Shown here piece after piece: positions 61,811-64,000 of a stretch of 64,000 nt of DNA (position 1 is the stretch's first letter; each line of letters opens with the position of its first letter). The DNA is from Adineta vaga (lineage: Eukaryota; Animalia; Rotifera), in assembly GCA_021613535.1 (NCBI GenBank), contig CP075492.1, positions 14,818,001 to 14,882,000 on the forward strand, given 5' to 3'. The notes under the pieces were generated by a model, which was given only the letters and a program-made list of their open reading frames with translations, was not told the origin of the DNA and searched no databases. A program made the translations under genes and the position numbers.

Positions 61811-64000
61811 ATGGCGACACATGAGAAATGGTAACGTGTAATAGCAAATTTATTTTTACATTTCTTTATGTTTTTTTTGTAGTAAAAGTAATTACGACGA
61901 TTGGAAGACATCAGTTCATTGTTCATTGAAAAATGTCTTTAATAGTACAACTGCATATCTTGTCGGAGAAAATATACGAAAAATTTTGGGTATCTCACAT
62001 TTTCGACCAGATGAAATGGCTCGTTTAGTTCCGTCTCCTTATGATTTTACATGTAAACGAGAGGATGCAAATAATATTCGAGATCAATTAGTATCAGTAA
62101 CAACTGATTCGCATAGACATATTTGGTTTTCGATGCAAACCAATCCTTTTCATTATATTTATAAAACACATTCAATGATCAATGAAGATCCAGTGCCACC
62201 AACCAAAGAGTATCCAGTTTATTGTTATTTTGGTTCAATGTATTCGTATAGTACTTTTAAAATTCATAGTGAAGAACATCCTGTTCGTCATGATCTTCGA
62301 GTATTAAAATGGCATGAAGAACCCGAGGCAATACGAATTACGACGACAGATAAATCAAAAGAAATCTCTATACCAATCAGATGGATTCAAAAACCAATCC
62401 TTGTTAATTTAAAAGATCGACCATGTGTAGTTTTAATGTTAAAATATTCGGTTAAAATGAAAAAGAGAATTAAAATGAAAGGTAGAGAGAAGTATGAACG
62501 GTAAGATTATTCTGCTGTAAAAATGAGTCGATATCAAAGCATTTTACTTTTATTTAGAGTCTGTAAATCGGATGATAATCGTTTCATGACCGTTGTATCG
62601 AAAAGTTCCGATATTCTTCTCTCATTTAGTGAAATCAGTCATACATATGCCTTTATTGAAGAACTAACACGTGAAACAGATGAATATCATGATAAATTTA
62701 CAGTAAATTTCGTTACACTTGAACAAAATGTTGTCAAAAAGGAAAATCAATTGTTTTACTTACCGTCATCGGCATCACATAATCAACATTATGCATTAAA
62801 CATGCTTTTCTCAATGGGTTATGTTTTTCATGATAAATATTCTCAACAACTTCATGATGAATTTGTGAAATTTGATAAAGATTCATTTAATGATATGTGT
62901 TATTATTTGAAGGAAAAACTCGAACTAAATCATTGTTATCGTATCAAAGGAATCTATGCTGAATTTGATGCTTATTTGAAAGAAAAACGTAAAGACGAAA
63001 AGGACTTAGAAGAACCTAAACTACCTTATTGTGTTGGTTGTATTTCCATCACTCCATTACGAATTCTTTATCAAAAAATGCAATCAACAATAGGAAATCG
63101 AGCATTACGATTGAAAACATTTGGTGGTCCAGATATGTTCTTATTGGTACATATTCGTGAAGAAGATAATGGAAAATTAAAAGATTATGATCGAACGATG
63201 AAATTCGATTAAGATCGAAAATGTTCGAAGGAATTCAAGTTGTTGGAAAAATCTATCGTCTATTCGGTACTTCAACGAGTCAATTCAAAGAAATGTCATT
63301 TTGGTTTCTTGCCAATGGAAATAGAAGCATTGAAGATGCATGGAAAGAACTGGGTGATTTTTCAGATATTAAAAATGTCGCCACTTACATCGCTCGTATT
63401 GGCCTTTATTTCTCTACGTCGAAAGACACCAAAGTAAGTTTTGGGAAAACCGACAGAATTGAATATATTCTCAATTGATCCTACTAGATTTCATTTACCT
63501 ATGTGGATGAGAAAAAATTCGCATTGAATGAGAAATTCTCTGCAACAAAAATTCCGGATATAAAAACAGCCGATGATAAATATTGTTTTACTGATGGTAT
63601 TGGAACGATGTCTTTGGGTATTGCTGGGTTAATTGCATTGAATTTAGATATTCCATTATACACAAGAGAAGATATTCCATCAGCATATCAAGTTCGTATC
63701 GCTGGTTGTAAAGGCATGTTAGCAATCCATCCTGACTCAAAACTGGACGAATATTACATAAAAGTTCGTGATTCCATGCAGAAATTTAAATCAAATGATT
63801 GGTCATTAGAAATATGTGAACATAGTAAACCAAGTAAGTTGATTCATTGAGAAATTTTTGATAAGTTTTTTCTTTTCGTTTTTAGTGGAATTAAAATTTA
63901 ATAATCAAGTTATTATGTTATTGTCAGATTTGGGAAATTCATATGATGTTTTCGAATCGTATCAAAATGCCGCAATAACTAATTTACCTCGACAAAGTGA
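61811..64000 (+). CDS. Cellular RNA-dependent RNA polymerase (RNAi-type), 5' part; apparent 1-nt frameshift near 63200
   Basis: Motifs ITPLRI, GNRALR, FGTSTSQFKE, ARIGLYFS, FTDGIG, SAYQVRIAGCKGML and LNNQVIMLL. Introns at 61831-61882, 62501-62557, 63434-63487 and 63834-63885. The gene runs off the window end. Confidence 0.88.

Noticed and set aside
61811-64000. Viral RdRP or endogenous virus
   Set aside because: The motifs (FTDGIG, QVRIAGCKGML) and the introns are those of cellular RNAi polymerases.

Overview
AT-rich eukaryotic DNA with many ~50-60 nt GT-AG introns. The gene content points to a bdelloid rotifer such as Adineta or Rotaria (inference): an expanded set of short 7TM GPCRs, an F-box/LRR-like gene, a cellular RdRP, many bacteria-like genes and TGTGGG/TGAGGG-like repeats. 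The window has five parts. (i) 1.6-21 kb is a dense cluster of intronless or intron-poor, bacteria-like genes: SDR, GH13, MerB-like, GGCT and LamG. It also holds a chimeric gene in which five small spliced exons (type II membrane anchor) are joined in frame to a bacterial-type alpha/beta-hydrolase exon. (ii) 23416-33689 is a complete CMC/EnSpm (CACTA-type) DNA transposon with 37-bp TIRs, a TT target duplication, a multi-exon transposase, a second ORF and a nested CACTG MITE. It appears to sit between the TATA box and ATG of a 12-Cys secreted peptide gene. (iii) 34.7-44.7 kb holds a dynamin-like/kinase/RING protein, a hidden 68-aa spliced gene and a sugar porter. (iv) 46-61 kb holds a GPCR cluster, a tail-anchored toxin-motif protein, two atypical tRNA-Asp-like copies flanking a Gly/Met-rich repeat gene, and a PhyH-HEAT protein. 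(v) The window ends in the 5' part of an RdRP gene carrying a frameshift. Several pseudogenes and MITEs are interspersed. All family assignments come from motif recognition by eye, not from database searches.
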